A stretch of 53,168 bases of DNA from Polyangiaceae bacterium (GCA_035295445.1 DATGJA010000433.1:1-53168); one strand, 5' to 3'; shown: positions 29,867 through 39,406, counted from the first letter of the stretch. Notes: a model not told the origin generated them from the sequence alone. Made by a program: numbers and translations.

Positions 29867-30990
29867 CGCGAGGTCGACTCCTCCGAGATCCGCTCGGCGA
29901 TTCGAACGCCGACCTCTCCCTCGATGTCGACCAGGTCGCCACGGGCGACGGGGACCCCGCCCACACGCAGAACGACCCGCTCGCCGACTCGTCGCCCGAG
30001 GGCAATCACGTCTCCGCGGGCGAGCGAGGCCCACTCGCGCGCCGTCATGCGGGCTTCTCCCATCTCGACCCGTACGACGATCGGGACGTCCCCCACGGCC
30101 GTCAACAACCCCTCACCATCACCGGACTCCGCCACGACCGCCTCCGCGCGCAACAACCCGAGGCCGCCACCTAGCACGAGCGCACCCTGATCGCCGAGCG
30201 TCGCGGGCACTCCGACGTCGGAGCCGGGCGCCGACAGCAGGACGGGCCCGACCCACGCCGAGCCCTCGAGCTCGAGCGGCCACGCGTCGGGCACGAAGAC
30301 GTCCCCGACGCGCAGGGAGGCCACCTCGGCGACGTCGGCCGACGCGGCGCAGGCCACGACCGAAAGTTCGAGCGGGATCGATCCGAGTTCCCGGAGCGCG
30401 TCGCGACAAATGGCACCGGGGGGCTCGGGCGTCAGCACGTCGCGTGCCACAAGGACACGCGCGGCGAACGCGGCGCCGTCGAGCAGGACGGTGAGGCTCA
30501 CGGCGACCGGTTCTCGAGCGAAGTCCTCCTCGAGGGTGGCGGCGGGCCCGGCGGCGAAGACCCGGAGGCCCTCGCGAACGTGAGCGCGCCTTGCGCAGGC
30601 GAGGACAATCGCGGCGAGGCCTCCCGCCCACTCGCTCGGGGATGGAGCCACCGGGTTCGACGTCGGTGGGGTGCGACGGGTGCACCGGGCCAGCGCAGCG
30701 GCGGCGAGCGCGCCCTCGGCCTCGACGAGCAGCCGGCTGTCGGCGGGTGCGTCCGCGGCCCCCACCACGAAGGCGACTCCGTCCGCGCATGCGCTCGCAC
30801 GCGCCGCGGCATCGGCCCGGCGGACGAGGATCTCCACCTGCGCGCCCAGCATGTCCTGCAGGGCCCGGTCGAGGGCGCCGAGGCGCGCAAGCGACCTCGC
30901 GCGGGCCCGTACGGCGTGAAACGCGAGGCAGTCGCGTCGGGTGGTCGAATCGAGCGACGCCCAGGGAAACGCGCGGTGCGGGGGGGGCAC
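29863..30990 (-). CDS. SctQ/FliN-like protein (C-terminal SpoA domain)
   Basis: The C-terminal ~70 aa, VPIVVRVEMGEARMTAREWASLARGDVIALGRRVGERVVLRVGGVPVARGDLVDIEGEVGVRIAERI, match the surface-presentation-of-antigens (FliN/YscQ/HrcQ) pattern. The ~300-aa N-terminal region has no recognisable motif. Confidence 0.7.
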   Translation of the reverse strand: MPPPHRAFPWASLDSTTRRDCLAFHAVRARARSLARLGALDRALQDMLGAQVEILVRRADAAARASACADGVAFVVGAADAPADSRLLVEAEGALAAAALARCTRRTPPTSNPVAPSPSEWAGGLAAIVLACARRAHVREGLRVFAAGPAATLEEDFAREPVAVSLTVLLDGAAFAARVLVARDVLTPEPPGAICRDALRELGSIPLELSVVACAASADVAEVASLRVGDVFVPDAWPLELEGSAWVGPVLLSAPGSDVGVPATLGDQGALVLGGGLGLLRAEAVVAESGDGEGLLTAVGDVPIVVRVEMGEARMTAREWASLARGDVIALGRRVGERVVLRVGGVPVARGDLVDIEGEVGVRIAERISEESTSR

Positions 30991-31032
30991 GGGTTGACGT
31001 TTCGCATTGCCGCACCCTTTGCGGCAAGTCTG

Positions 31033-31049
31033 GTACCCTCCGAGGGTAC
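31033..31049. promoter_or_regulatory. 17-nt perfect palindrome at the TPR gene RBS
   Basis: GTACCCTC-c-GAGGGTAC ends 1 nt before ATG 31051 and contains the GAGGG Shine-Dalgarno. It sits in a 60-nt divergent intergenic region. Confidence 0.35.
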
Positions 31050-31050
31050 G

Positions 31051-31656
31051 ATGACCGGCAAGCGGAGTGTCATTCGGGGGGTGCTCGTCGCGCTCGTCAC
31101 TGCCACGCTCTCGAGCCTCTCGCCCGCGGGGTGGGCTGAGGGCGGAAAGGGAAAGGCCCCCGCCTCCAACAAGGGTGGCGCGTACGCCGAGGCTTGCTCG
31201 CAGGGCGCCGCCAAGTACGCCGCCCGCGACTTCCCCGGCGCGGTGGCCGACTTTCAGAAGGCCATCGAGGCGTCGCCGAACCTGCCCCTAGCTCACTACT
31301 TGCTCGGGGAAGCGCAGCTCGCGGCCGGCAACCTCACGGAGGCCGAGGCATCCTGGAATCGGGCCTCGTCCCAATCGACCAGCGACGCGTCGATGCACGC
31401 TCGCATTCTCTTCGTCCTAGCCGACCTCCGCGAGCGCCAAAAGCGGTGGGACGACGCCAAGACGGCTTGGCAGGCCTACCTCGACTGGGCGTCCAAGAAC
31501 TCGAACGCGAGCGCCTTTCCGACGAGCGGCCAGTCCCGGCAGCAGGTCATCGACACAATGATGAAGCAGGACAAGGCCTACGACGTCGTCCGCCAACGAA
31601 TCGCGGAGACGAAGAACGGCAACGTCTTCACCGACCTGTCGAAGTCGCCCAAGTGA
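31051..31656 (+). CDS. exported TPR-repeat protein
   Basis: ATG 31051 with GAGGG 4 nt upstream. Signal peptide MTGKRSVIRGVLVALVTATLSSLSPAGWA. TPR-like repeats (AAKYAARDFPGAVADFQKAIEASPNLPLAHYLLGEAQLAAGNLTEAEASW). Confidence 0.75.
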   Translation: MTGKRSVIRGVLVALVTATLSSLSPAGWAEGGKGKAPASNKGGAYAEACSQGAAKYAARDFPGAVADFQKAIEASPNLPLAHYLLGEAQLAAGNLTEAEASWNRASSQSTSDASMHARILFVLADLRERQKRWDDAKTAWQAYLDWASKNSNASAFPTSGQSRQQVIDTMMKQDKAYDVVRQRIAETKNGNVFTDLSKSPK

Positions 31657-31665
31657 ACGTGGGCG

Positions 31666-31707
31666 CGTCTATTCCCTCTCTCGCTTCGCTCGAGCGTGCG
31701 GACTAGC
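31666..31707. repeat. intergenic repeat family, copy C
   Basis: cgtctattccctctcTCGCTTCGCTCGAGCGTGCGGACTagc lies between the TPR gene stop (31656) and the giant gene stop. That stop, CTA 31703-31705, falls inside the element. Confidence 0.8.
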
Positions 31708-34700
31708 GACCGATCAGCACATCGAGCGACAGCACGGCGTCGGCGTCGCGCAGGAACTTCTGCCAGGATGCGTACTGTTCTCCCGGTTGAACACGTCCGG
31801 CAGGCAGGTCCACGGTACGGTCGAAATCGATGGCTTGGCCGTGAACCCCGTCGGCGATCACCACGTGGGCATCGCCGTCGCGGTACTCGCCCGTGGGCAC
31901 CCGCGGGGGCGGCTTGAGTGAATCGGGCAGGACGACGCGCACACGCACCTGCGTCCTCCACGAGGACCGTAGGAGAAGGGGCGTGTGGCGCGCCGGCAGC
32001 GCAGCCAGCTGAGCGACGTTCGGGGCGAACGGCGGCCGTAGCGCGAGCCCGCCGGGGACCAGCTTTGCGAGCTCGGGAGCCTCCACGCGCAGGTGCATGA
32101 CGAGGGGGGCGTCCAGACGTTCGACCCCGTCCACCTTCATCTCCCTCACGTGCCCGCCCGCGAACGCCGGTGCGACGAGCTCTCGTTCGACGAAGTCGTA
32201 GAGCTTGACCTCCGCCACCTGGGCGAGCGCGTTGCGCCATGCGATGGCCCGGTTGCCGCTGAAGGTCACCGTAAGGTCGAGGTTGGCCGAGCCGTCCGGG
32301 CGTGCGTCGGCGCGGCCTTCGTAGGCGACCGTGTCCGTCGCACCCGGCGCGTGCACGACGTCGCCCGGCGTGCCGGCGACGAGTCGGATCGCCGGCTGCT
32401 CGCGCAGCTCGGCCGGTATGTACCCGAAGGGGGCGAACTTGTCGCGAACGGTCATCCACCGCACGCCGCGATCGGTCGACAGACGCAGGACGACGGCGTC
32501 GTACTGCTCGATTTCGCTCATGGGGCCGACCGCAGGCGTCGCGAGGAGGTTCTTCACCAGCGCAAGCTCGCTCTCGATGCCGAGAAGGCGGCACATGTAC
32601 CGGAACGCAGCCTGACGAGAGCCGCTCCCGCCCGTCAGGACGCGTCGGCCGTCGGTCTCCTTGCCGTCCTGGACGTGCTCGACGACGTGGCGGTAAAGCC
32701 TTCGCGCGCGCTCGTCCGACGCGATCGCCGGGACCCCTCCCGCGATGCGAAGGGCGAGGGTACGAAGGCGCGGGTCCAGCGGCGTCTCGTCGGCGGCAAA
32801 GTCGACCAGTCGCTCCAACGTCGAGCCGAGGGAGATTCCCCAGCCGACGCGCACGCTCGGCAGGAACTCCGTGATGGGCGGACTCTCCGGCTCGACCTCG
32901 GCCGGCGGGCTCAGATCGACTCGCCAGCGGCGTTCGACGAAGGCACCTCCCGCGGTCGTACCCAACGAGCCGGCGGCGAGGGTCGTGGACGTCACCTTGG
33001 GCGCGGGCACAGCGCCCCGCGTCTCGATCTCGACCTTGCGATCCGAAGGGGTCACTACGACGAACTCGCTGCGCCAGTACCCCTTGTCCGCCTCACGGAA
33101 GAACCAGTGCGGGCTCCTGTACTGGCTGCCCTTGGCGCCGTCTCCCGGCTGGGTGCTCACGTGCTCGACCTCGACGAAGTCGCCCACATCGAGGTGCGGG
33201 AGGGTCAGCGTCGGCTTGCCCGCGACCGGCTCGGGCTCGAGCACCCGGCCGTCGGGCTTGATGACGCGCAGGTGTAGCACGAGCCCGGTGGGCGGCTCCG
33301 TCTCGGCCTCGGCGTTGATAGCCTCCTGCGATTGCATCTTTTGAATCTCATGCTCGAGCATTTCGCTCGAGCCGTCGTCGTGGACGACGATGGCGGCGTA
33401 GTCGAGCACACGCGCCGCCGTCCCCTCCATGCGGTGCCCGGACGCCTCCCACCTGCCGTACTCGCGGATGACCGCCATGCCGTCCTGTCGATACGGCTCG
33501 AGGTCGGTAGCGCCCTCCACGAGGTCGATGGCGGCGCGCAGGTCGTCGCTCGATGCGCCCACCTGGAGCGCGGCTGCGAGGGCACGCCGCAACGCCCCGG
33601 TGTCGCCCTTGGCATAAGCGCGATCGGCCAGTCGGAACCGCGCCTGTGCGTCGAGCGGGTGCTTGGCGAGCGCCCTCTCCAGCTCCTCGGCGCCGGCCTT
33701 GGTGTCGCCGGACCGCGCCAGAACGTCGGCCAAACGTCCGGCGAGCTCCTTGCGATCGGGACGCCGCTTGGCGATCCGTTCGAGCTCGGCGATCGCCGAG
33801 GGGTAATCGTGTCGAGCGAGCGCTCGATCAAGGTTCACTTCGGCGTCCGGGTCGAGCCGAGCGATCTGCGCGGCTACCCGATCGGCCTCCGAGGCGGGGC
33901 CGAGCTCGTCGAGCACCTCGAGGTACGACTGGAGGGCGGCGACGTCGTCGGGGAAGCGCTGCGCGAGCTCCGCCAACGCGCGCATCTGCTCGCCCCGCCA
34001 CCCCAGCCGGCCGCACAAGTGCGCCAGTTGCTCGAGGACCTCGGGCTCCCCCCGTTCTTCGTCGGCCAGCTTGCGAAGCTCGTCGACGGCGTCGGCTGCG
34101 CCGTGCTGCTCCGCATCGTCGAGCATGGCCATGAGTCGGGAGCGCCAGAGTCTCGCGTCGCGCGCCAGGGCACGGGTTCGTAGCGCGCGCGCCCGGGGGG
34201 CCCGGGCGTCCTCGGGCAGCGCCGGGTCAGCGCCGACGAACGCGGCCGCCATCTGGAGCAGCAGTGACCCGGCGTCGGCTGGCTCGACCCACGGCTCGAG
34301 CAAGGCCGACGCGACGTCGTCCATTTGATCGACGTGCGCGGCGTAGGCAGCCAGGGTCGCGTCGAGCGGCGAATCGTCGGGTGCCGCGCCGCGGCCCGCC
34401 GCGAAGGCGGTCACCCGCGCGTCCAGTGGGTTCGGGTCGGCGAGCACCTTGGGGGGCATCATCGTCACCGGGGCGGCGGCGTTGCCGCCGGTACGCAGCC
34501 CGGCGGCCGTCCCGTTCGGGTTCAGCAAGCGGACGCTCGAAGCGGGGGTGAGTGATCGCGCCACGATTCGGTGATGGCCTGGGGCGACCGACAGGTGCGC
34601 GCCGAAGCGCTGCCACGACCCCCACTCCTCAGCGCCGCGCGCCAGCACCTGCATTCCGTCGACCCACACCGCCGTCGCGCCCTGGACCGCCAAGACGATC

Positions 34701-35536
34701 TCCCGCTCGTCGCCCGTGTCGAAGAATGCCTCGGCGTAGAAGACCCCGTCTTGCACTTGCTCGTCGGAGGCGGCAAGGCACCGGCTCTGACGTACCGGGA
34801 GGACGTGAGGAACGCTCCCGCGCATCGCGTCCGGCGCCCATGCCGCAGGCCACGGCTCGGGGCCCTCGGCGGGGAACGACCGAAGGCGATCTCCAGGGGC
34901 GCCGTGCCCGAAGGGGCCGGCGAGGCGCACCCCGCGCGCGCAGCCCATGCGACGAATGACCTCTTCGTCGTATGCAGGACCGGTTCGCTCGGCTTTGTCG
35001 TAGACCTCGACCGCACGCCAGTCCTCCAGGTCGGCCACGGCGCGCCAGCCCGCGTTGCCGGGGCGGGCGAGCACGGCGTCGATCGTCGACCGGTACGCCG
35101 CGAAGAGCTCGGTCACCGACCCGCGGAGCGACATGAGATGGCGCACGCCGAACCAGGCGACCAAAGGCGCCCGCGAGTCCGCGCTGGTCGTCGCGGCCAC
35201 GAGCGCAGCCAGGTATCCTGCCGCCGCCCCGCGGGGATCTCCGTGGACGTCGTCGATCGTGCCACGCGCGAGGCTCGCCCACAGGCCCTGCCCTCCGACC
35301 GCGGCAAGTCGCGCGCGCGCAGCGGTGGCTTGATCGGCGGATCCGCCGGGCGAAAGCATCTCGCCGAGGGCCCATTGGCCCACGACCTCGCCGTCCTTGG
35401 AGGAGCGGGCGGCCGCCCGCAGCTCGCGCAACCTCGAAGTAGCGCTCGGCGCCCTCGGCGAAGGGGCACACGAGGCCGCGAGCGCCGCGATGCCCAGCAT
35501 CGCGATCCAGGCGCGCGGTCCGAGACGAGGCTTCAC
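31703..35536 (-). CDS. giant lipoprotein: TPR + degenerate transglutaminase-fold (DUF3857/DUF3858-like architecture)
   Basis: GTG start 35534-35536 overlaps the upstream TGA (35533-35535). VKPRLGPRAWIAMLGIAALAASC is a lipoprotein signal. The domain order matches the upstream paralog, but the core reads GSGSRQAAFRYMCRLLGI / YDAVVLRL (Cys and His positions replaced). Confidence 0.75.
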   Translation of the reverse strand: MKPRLGPRAWIAMLGIAALAASCAPSPRAPSATSRLRELRAAARSSKDGEVVGQWALGEMLSPGGSADQATAARARLAAVGGQGLWASLARGTIDDVHGDPRGAAAGYLAALVAATTSADSRAPLVAWFGVRHLMSLRGSVTELFAAYRSTIDAVLARPGNAGWRAVADLEDWRAVEVYDKAERTGPAYDEEVIRRMGCARGVRLAGPFGHGAPGDRLRSFPAEGPEPWPAAWAPDAMRGSVPHVLPVRQSRCLAASDEQVQDGVFYAEAFFDTGDEREIVLAVQGATAVWVDGMQVLARGAEEWGSWQRFGAHLSVAPGHHRIVARSLTPASSVRLLNPNGTAAGLRTGGNAAAPVTMMPPKVLADPNPLDARVTAFAAGRGAAPDDSPLDATLAAYAAHVDQMDDVASALLEPWVEPADAGSLLLQMAAAFVGADPALPEDARAPRARALRTRALARDARLWRSRLMAMLDDAEQHGAADAVDELRKLADEERGEPEVLEQLAHLCGRLGWRGEQMRALAELAQRFPDDVAALQSYLEVLDELGPASEADRVAAQIARLDPDAEVNLDRALARHDYPSAIAELERIAKRRPDRKELAGRLADVLARSGDTKAGAEELERALAKHPLDAQARFRLADRAYAKGDTGALRRALAAALQVGASSDDLRAAIDLVEGATDLEPYRQDGMAVIREYGRWEASGHRMEGTAARVLDYAAIVVHDDGSSEMLEHEIQKMQSQEAINAEAETEPPTGLVLHLRVIKPDGRVLEPEPVAGKPTLTLPHLDVGDFVEVEHVSTQPGDGAKGSQYRSPHWFFREADKGYWRSEFVVVTPSDRKVEIETRGAVPAPKVTSTTLAAGSLGTTAGGAFVERRWRVDLSPPAEVEPESPPITEFLPSVRVGWGISLGSTLERLVDFAADETPLDPRLRTLALRIAGGVPAIASDERARRLYRHVVEHVQDGKETDGRRVLTGGSGSRQAAFRYMCRLLGIESELALVKNLLATPAVGPMSEIEQYDAVVLRLSTDRGVRWMTVRDKFAPFGYIPAELREQPAIRLVAGTPGDVVHAPGATDTVAYEGRADARPDGSANLDLTVTFSGNRAIAWRNALAQVAEVKLYDFVERELVAPAFAGGHVREMKVDGVERLDAPLVMHLRVEAPELAKLVPGGLALRPPFAPNVAQLAALPARHTPLLLRSSWRTQVRVRVVLPDSLKPPPRVPTGEYRDGDAHVVIADGVHGQAIDFDRTVDLPAGRVQPGEQYASWQKFLRDADAVLSLDVLIGR

Positions 35537-38500
35537 TTGAGCGCCACCGTGGCACGCTGGCCGAGCGCTCGATCCACCTCTTCGCACCACGCCCGGAACG
35601 CAGGATAGTCGGCCGCGGCGACTCGCGTCTTCCCCACGGTGATGGTCGTTTTCACGTGCAACGTCGACGCGGTCGAGTCGACCTCAAGCGAATACGCCCC
35701 GAACGGTCCGGCGCCGTGCGACGACGCTGGCATCCTCGTCACCTTCGCGCCGGCAGGGAGCCGGACGAACCAGTCGTCCACGTCGGTGGTCTGGGCGTAG
35801 AGGCGCACGTCGAGCTTGTGCGCTTGTTGGGGAGCGTACTGCGACACCATGCGCTCCCTACGGCCGAGGGGGACGCTCAGAGCATCGCCGTCGAAGCGCG
35901 CGAAGCGCGGCGCCTTCCCCCGTACACGGAGGATGACCTTCTGTTCGACGTCCTCGAGGTTTCCCGAATCCACCGAGGAGATCTCGCTGCCGGGGAGGAT
36001 GGCCGCGATGACCTGCTGGACCCGTTGCTTGCGCGTGGCGTCGGCGTGGAAGCGAACTCGCCAACCGGACGCCTCGACTCCGCTAACCTCGGCCCTCCAG
36101 TCGAGCTGCGCAGCCCCGTCGGCGCCGAGCGTCGCGTCGAGCTTGTTCACGGTCACGCTGTCCGTCGCCGGCGGATCCGGCAGGTGAACGAGCTTCGCCT
36201 CGCCGCCGTTGACTTGCATCGCCAGGGCGCCGCGATCCATCGCCGGGAGCTCGAACGCGCCGGTGTATTCCGCCGTTCCATCCAGGTAGAGGTCGAGCGA
36301 CGGCACGTACGCGATCATGTGATCGAACGGGGCGAGGCTCGCCGGGGTTGTCTCGATGTCTCCTTTGTTCGCCGTGCGGACGACGACCGGGGTGGCCTTA
36401 ATGCCGAGGGCGTCGAGCATAGTGACGATCAGCGTTGCCTTGTCTTTGCAGTCGCCGAATCCACGCGCGAAGATCTGCGCGCACCGATACGGCTTGTAGC
36501 CGTGGATGCCGAACTCCAGGGCCACGTATCGTGTCTTCTGGACGACGTAGTCGTAGACGGCGCGCACTTTCGACAGGTCGTCCTTTAGTCCCTTGGTCAA
36601 CGACTGTGCGCGCCGCCGCACCTCTTCGTCCGGAACGAACTGGTCCTTCACGAGGCCCCAGTACCACCGTCCGAGGTCGTCCCACGAGCTGTAGGTCGAC
36701 ACGTTGACGTGCCCGAGGACCTCCGCCCACGGGGGCTGGAGCGTCTCCTGCTCGAGCGCCGGAACGTCGAGCGCAAGAAAGCGATAGATCCTCTGCTCTC
36801 CGCGCTCTTCCACGGCGCGAGTCAGCCCCGGGACGCGCGGCTCATTGAAGTGAAACGCCCGCGACTTGGGCGTCAGAAGAATGTACTCGCTCCGGCCGAT
36901 GGGTTCCGCTCCCTGGAGGTACACGACCTCGCCGAAGTAGTCGGCGAACTCGTTCCGAGGGGCGACGTCCTCCACGCGATACTGGATCTCGACCACGTCG
37001 CCCGGCTCGAGCCGCGGAAAACGCACGTAGTAGCTCCGCGCCGTCGTATAGATGGCGAGGGCCGGATCGTCCGCCATGGCACCCGCGCCGGCCTCGACGC
37101 TCTCGTCGACGCGACCGTCCTTCCGGTACACGCGCGCCGCGCGAAGCTGGACCGTCTCAGTATCGGTCTCGTACGCGAACTCGTACTCGCGCGATTCGGC
37201 GGCCGCCGCGTCGGTGAGCGGTTGATAGACGACCTGGTGAAAGCGGCTCGCGAGGCCGTTGGGGAAGACGGTGGTCACTTGCAGGTCGACGAGCGAGCGG
37301 CGCGCCACCCCGCCGGCCGGCAGGCCGCGCTTCGCCAGGAATTCGCTCGCGGGCCGCGCATACCCCTCGTCGGGCTTGGGCTTGAGAGGACCGACGTGAG
37401 CCAGCTCGTCCCGGACGTCCTTAGCCTGCGGCGTGAGCTCGAGGATCCGCTTGAGCAGGCGTAGCCGCTCGTCCTCTTCGCCGGCGACCGCGTGCGCCGT
37501 CGCAAGCTCGTGCATGACGTCGGTGTCGTCGGGCGCGAGGGCGAGGGCTGCCTTGTACGCAGCGATGGCTCTTGCGCGATCGCCGAGGCGCAGCCATGCC
37601 TGGGCCGCCGTCTGCTGAACGGCCGCGCCGTCCGGGTTGGTCGCGACGAGCCGCTCGATCCATCGATTGGCGGTCGAGACGTCGCGGCGCGCCACCGCGA
37701 GGTCGACCTGCGCTCGGACGAACGCGGGGTCGTCGAACCGGAGCGCGTTGTAGCGGTCGGCCATCTCCTCCGCCTCGGCCTCGCGTCCCTGGTCGCGCAG
37801 CGCCGCGACGCTCGCCCTCAGCAGACCCACGCTGCGTGGGCGACGAGCAAGCGCATCCCGCAGCAAGGCGAGCGCCGTGTCGTGCAGGCCGGCTTCCTCG
37901 TAGAGCTCGACCTTCGCCAGCGTCGCCGTCACGTTGTCCGGATCGAGGTCGAGGACGCGTTCGTAGTACGGGACGGCGTCGCGCCAGTTGACCCCTCCAC
38001 GAGCGTACGCCGCACGCGCGAGGAGAACGTCGATCCCGTCTTCCGCCGTCGCCCGGCCGGCGTTGACGACCGCCTCGGCCCGCTCGATCCACGAGGCCTG
38101 CTGGTTCCGGCTCTCCGCGAGCGACGCGGTGAGCAGTAGGCGTTGGATGGTGGGCGCCGCGTCTACCGCCCGTCGCGCGAGCGTTCGCGCTCGATGCTCG
38201 GTGGGGTCATCGGACCCGGTCGACACCAGATAACGCGCGTAAGCCTCGAGGACCGCCGGGTCATTCCCCGCGATCGTCCGCTCGAACGCCTGAACCGGCC
38301 CCTCGGGCCCGAAAGCACGGCGCGTCGCGTCCGCCTTGACGGGCGCGGCGGCGCCCCCTTGAACGGTCGATCGGCTCGGGTCGGCGTTGACCTCGAGCGC
38401 TTCGTCCGGCGCGCCGTCGACCGACGCCACGCGAAGCGACAGCATGGGGGCGTGCTCCTCTCCGCAGACCTTCGCCGTCACGCGGTTCCAACCGGCCCGG

Positions 38501-39240
38501 AGCGTGGCGCCCGCCGCGAAGCGATCGGAGTCGAGGTCACGGTACTTGCCGTCGTGGATCACCTCGACGCCGTTCCAGAAGACGCGGACGGCCCCCGACG
38601 CCCCCGCCAAAACGGAGATGCCGCGCGACGCCCCGACCTTGACCCGCGGGTCACGGACGAACGTCGTCGCGTAGACGCAGACGTTCTCCTCGGGCCTCAC
38701 GAACGCGCCGAAGTCTACCCATGCATACGGCGACACCGCCGGCAGCAGGCGCCAGCGCACGGGCCGATGGCTCTTGCCGTCGTAGTCGCGCGCGACGTTC
38801 AGGGGTGTGGTGAGCTCGCGCTCCGGGTCGAACGCCGTGGCAAGGCCTGCCTTGCCCTCGTTGTCGAAGGGCCCGACGAGCATCCACGCACCTACGTAGC
38901 CCAGCCTCGCGATGCGCGATCGCGCGCCGTCCAAGTCCCCGCGGCGCCGCCGGGCGTACGCTTGGAGAAGCCCGGCGTACGTGCGAACCGGAGCCGGCTC
39001 GGCCCGATCGGTAGCGATCGAAGCGAGGACCTCTTCGATCTCCGTCGGATCGCTTCGATCCCACTCGGACCACACCTTCCGAAGCGCGGCGTAGGCGAAC
39101 GGCCCTCGTGCCAGTCGAACCTCCTCGCGAAGGCGCGACATGCGCGCGACCGCGCCGATCTGTGCCGGTCCCGCGCGACCGAGCGCCGGCGCGAGGCAAG
39201 CTGCCAGAACGAGAAGGAACGCGATCGGGCGGAGTGTCAT
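35533..39240 (-). CDS. giant exported protein: beta-sandwich + TPR + transglutaminase-like cysteine protease core (DUF3857/DUF3858-like architecture)
   Basis: ATG 39238-39240 gives MTLRPIAFLLVLAACLAPALG. There are many TPR-like repeats. The intact core reads GFGDCKDKATLIVTMLDALGI ... FDHMIAYV ... YLDGT. Confidence 0.8.
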   Translation of the reverse strand: MTLRPIAFLLVLAACLAPALGRAGPAQIGAVARMSRLREEVRLARGPFAYAALRKVWSEWDRSDPTEIEEVLASIATDRAEPAPVRTYAGLLQAYARRRRGDLDGARSRIARLGYVGAWMLVGPFDNEGKAGLATAFDPERELTTPLNVARDYDGKSHRPVRWRLLPAVSPYAWVDFGAFVRPEENVCVYATTFVRDPRVKVGASRGISVLAGASGAVRVFWNGVEVIHDGKYRDLDSDRFAAGATLRAGWNRVTAKVCGEEHAPMLSLRVASVDGAPDEALEVNADPSRSTVQGGAAAPVKADATRRAFGPEGPVQAFERTIAGNDPAVLEAYARYLVSTGSDDPTEHRARTLARRAVDAAPTIQRLLLTASLAESRNQQASWIERAEAVVNAGRATAEDGIDVLLARAAYARGGVNWRDAVPYYERVLDLDPDNVTATLAKVELYEEAGLHDTALALLRDALARRPRSVGLLRASVAALRDQGREAEAEEMADRYNALRFDDPAFVRAQVDLAVARRDVSTANRWIERLVATNPDGAAVQQTAAQAWLRLGDRARAIAAYKAALALAPDDTDVMHELATAHAVAGEEDERLRLLKRILELTPQAKDVRDELAHVGPLKPKPDEGYARPASEFLAKRGLPAGGVARRSLVDLQVTTVFPNGLASRFHQVVYQPLTDAAAAESREYEFAYETDTETVQLRAARVYRKDGRVDESVEAGAGAMADDPALAIYTTARSYYVRFPRLEPGDVVEIQYRVEDVAPRNEFADYFGEVVYLQGAEPIGRSEYILLTPKSRAFHFNEPRVPGLTRAVEERGEQRIYRFLALDVPALEQETLQPPWAEVLGHVNVSTYSSWDDLGRWYWGLVKDQFVPDEEVRRRAQSLTKGLKDDLSKVRAVYDYVVQKTRYVALEFGIHGYKPYRCAQIFARGFGDCKDKATLIVTMLDALGIKATPVVVRTANKGDIETTPASLAPFDHMIAYVPSLDLYLDGTAEYTGAFELPAMDRGALAMQVNGGEAKLVHLPDPPATDSVTVNKLDATLGADGAAQLDWRAEVSGVEASGWRVRFHADATRKQRVQQVIAAILPGSEISSVDSGNLEDVEQKVILRVRGKAPRFARFDGDALSVPLGRRERMVSQYAPQQAHKLDVRLYAQTTDVDDWFVRLPAGAKVTRMPASSHGAGPFGAYSLEVDSTASTLHVKTTITVGKTRVAAADYPAFRAWCEEVDRALGQRATVALK

Positions 39241-39406
39241 CGTCGAAACGTTACGTAGCGCGAGACTGTCACGGGCGAGCCGTGTTCCGTCAAGCGGGCG
39301 GACGCTCGAGGCCTCCATCGCGTCGTTCCATTCGGATGCCAAACCGCGCGGTTCGCGCTATCTACGGGGAAAAGGAGGGTTGCCGGCCGGCGACGCAGAA
39401 CCCCGA

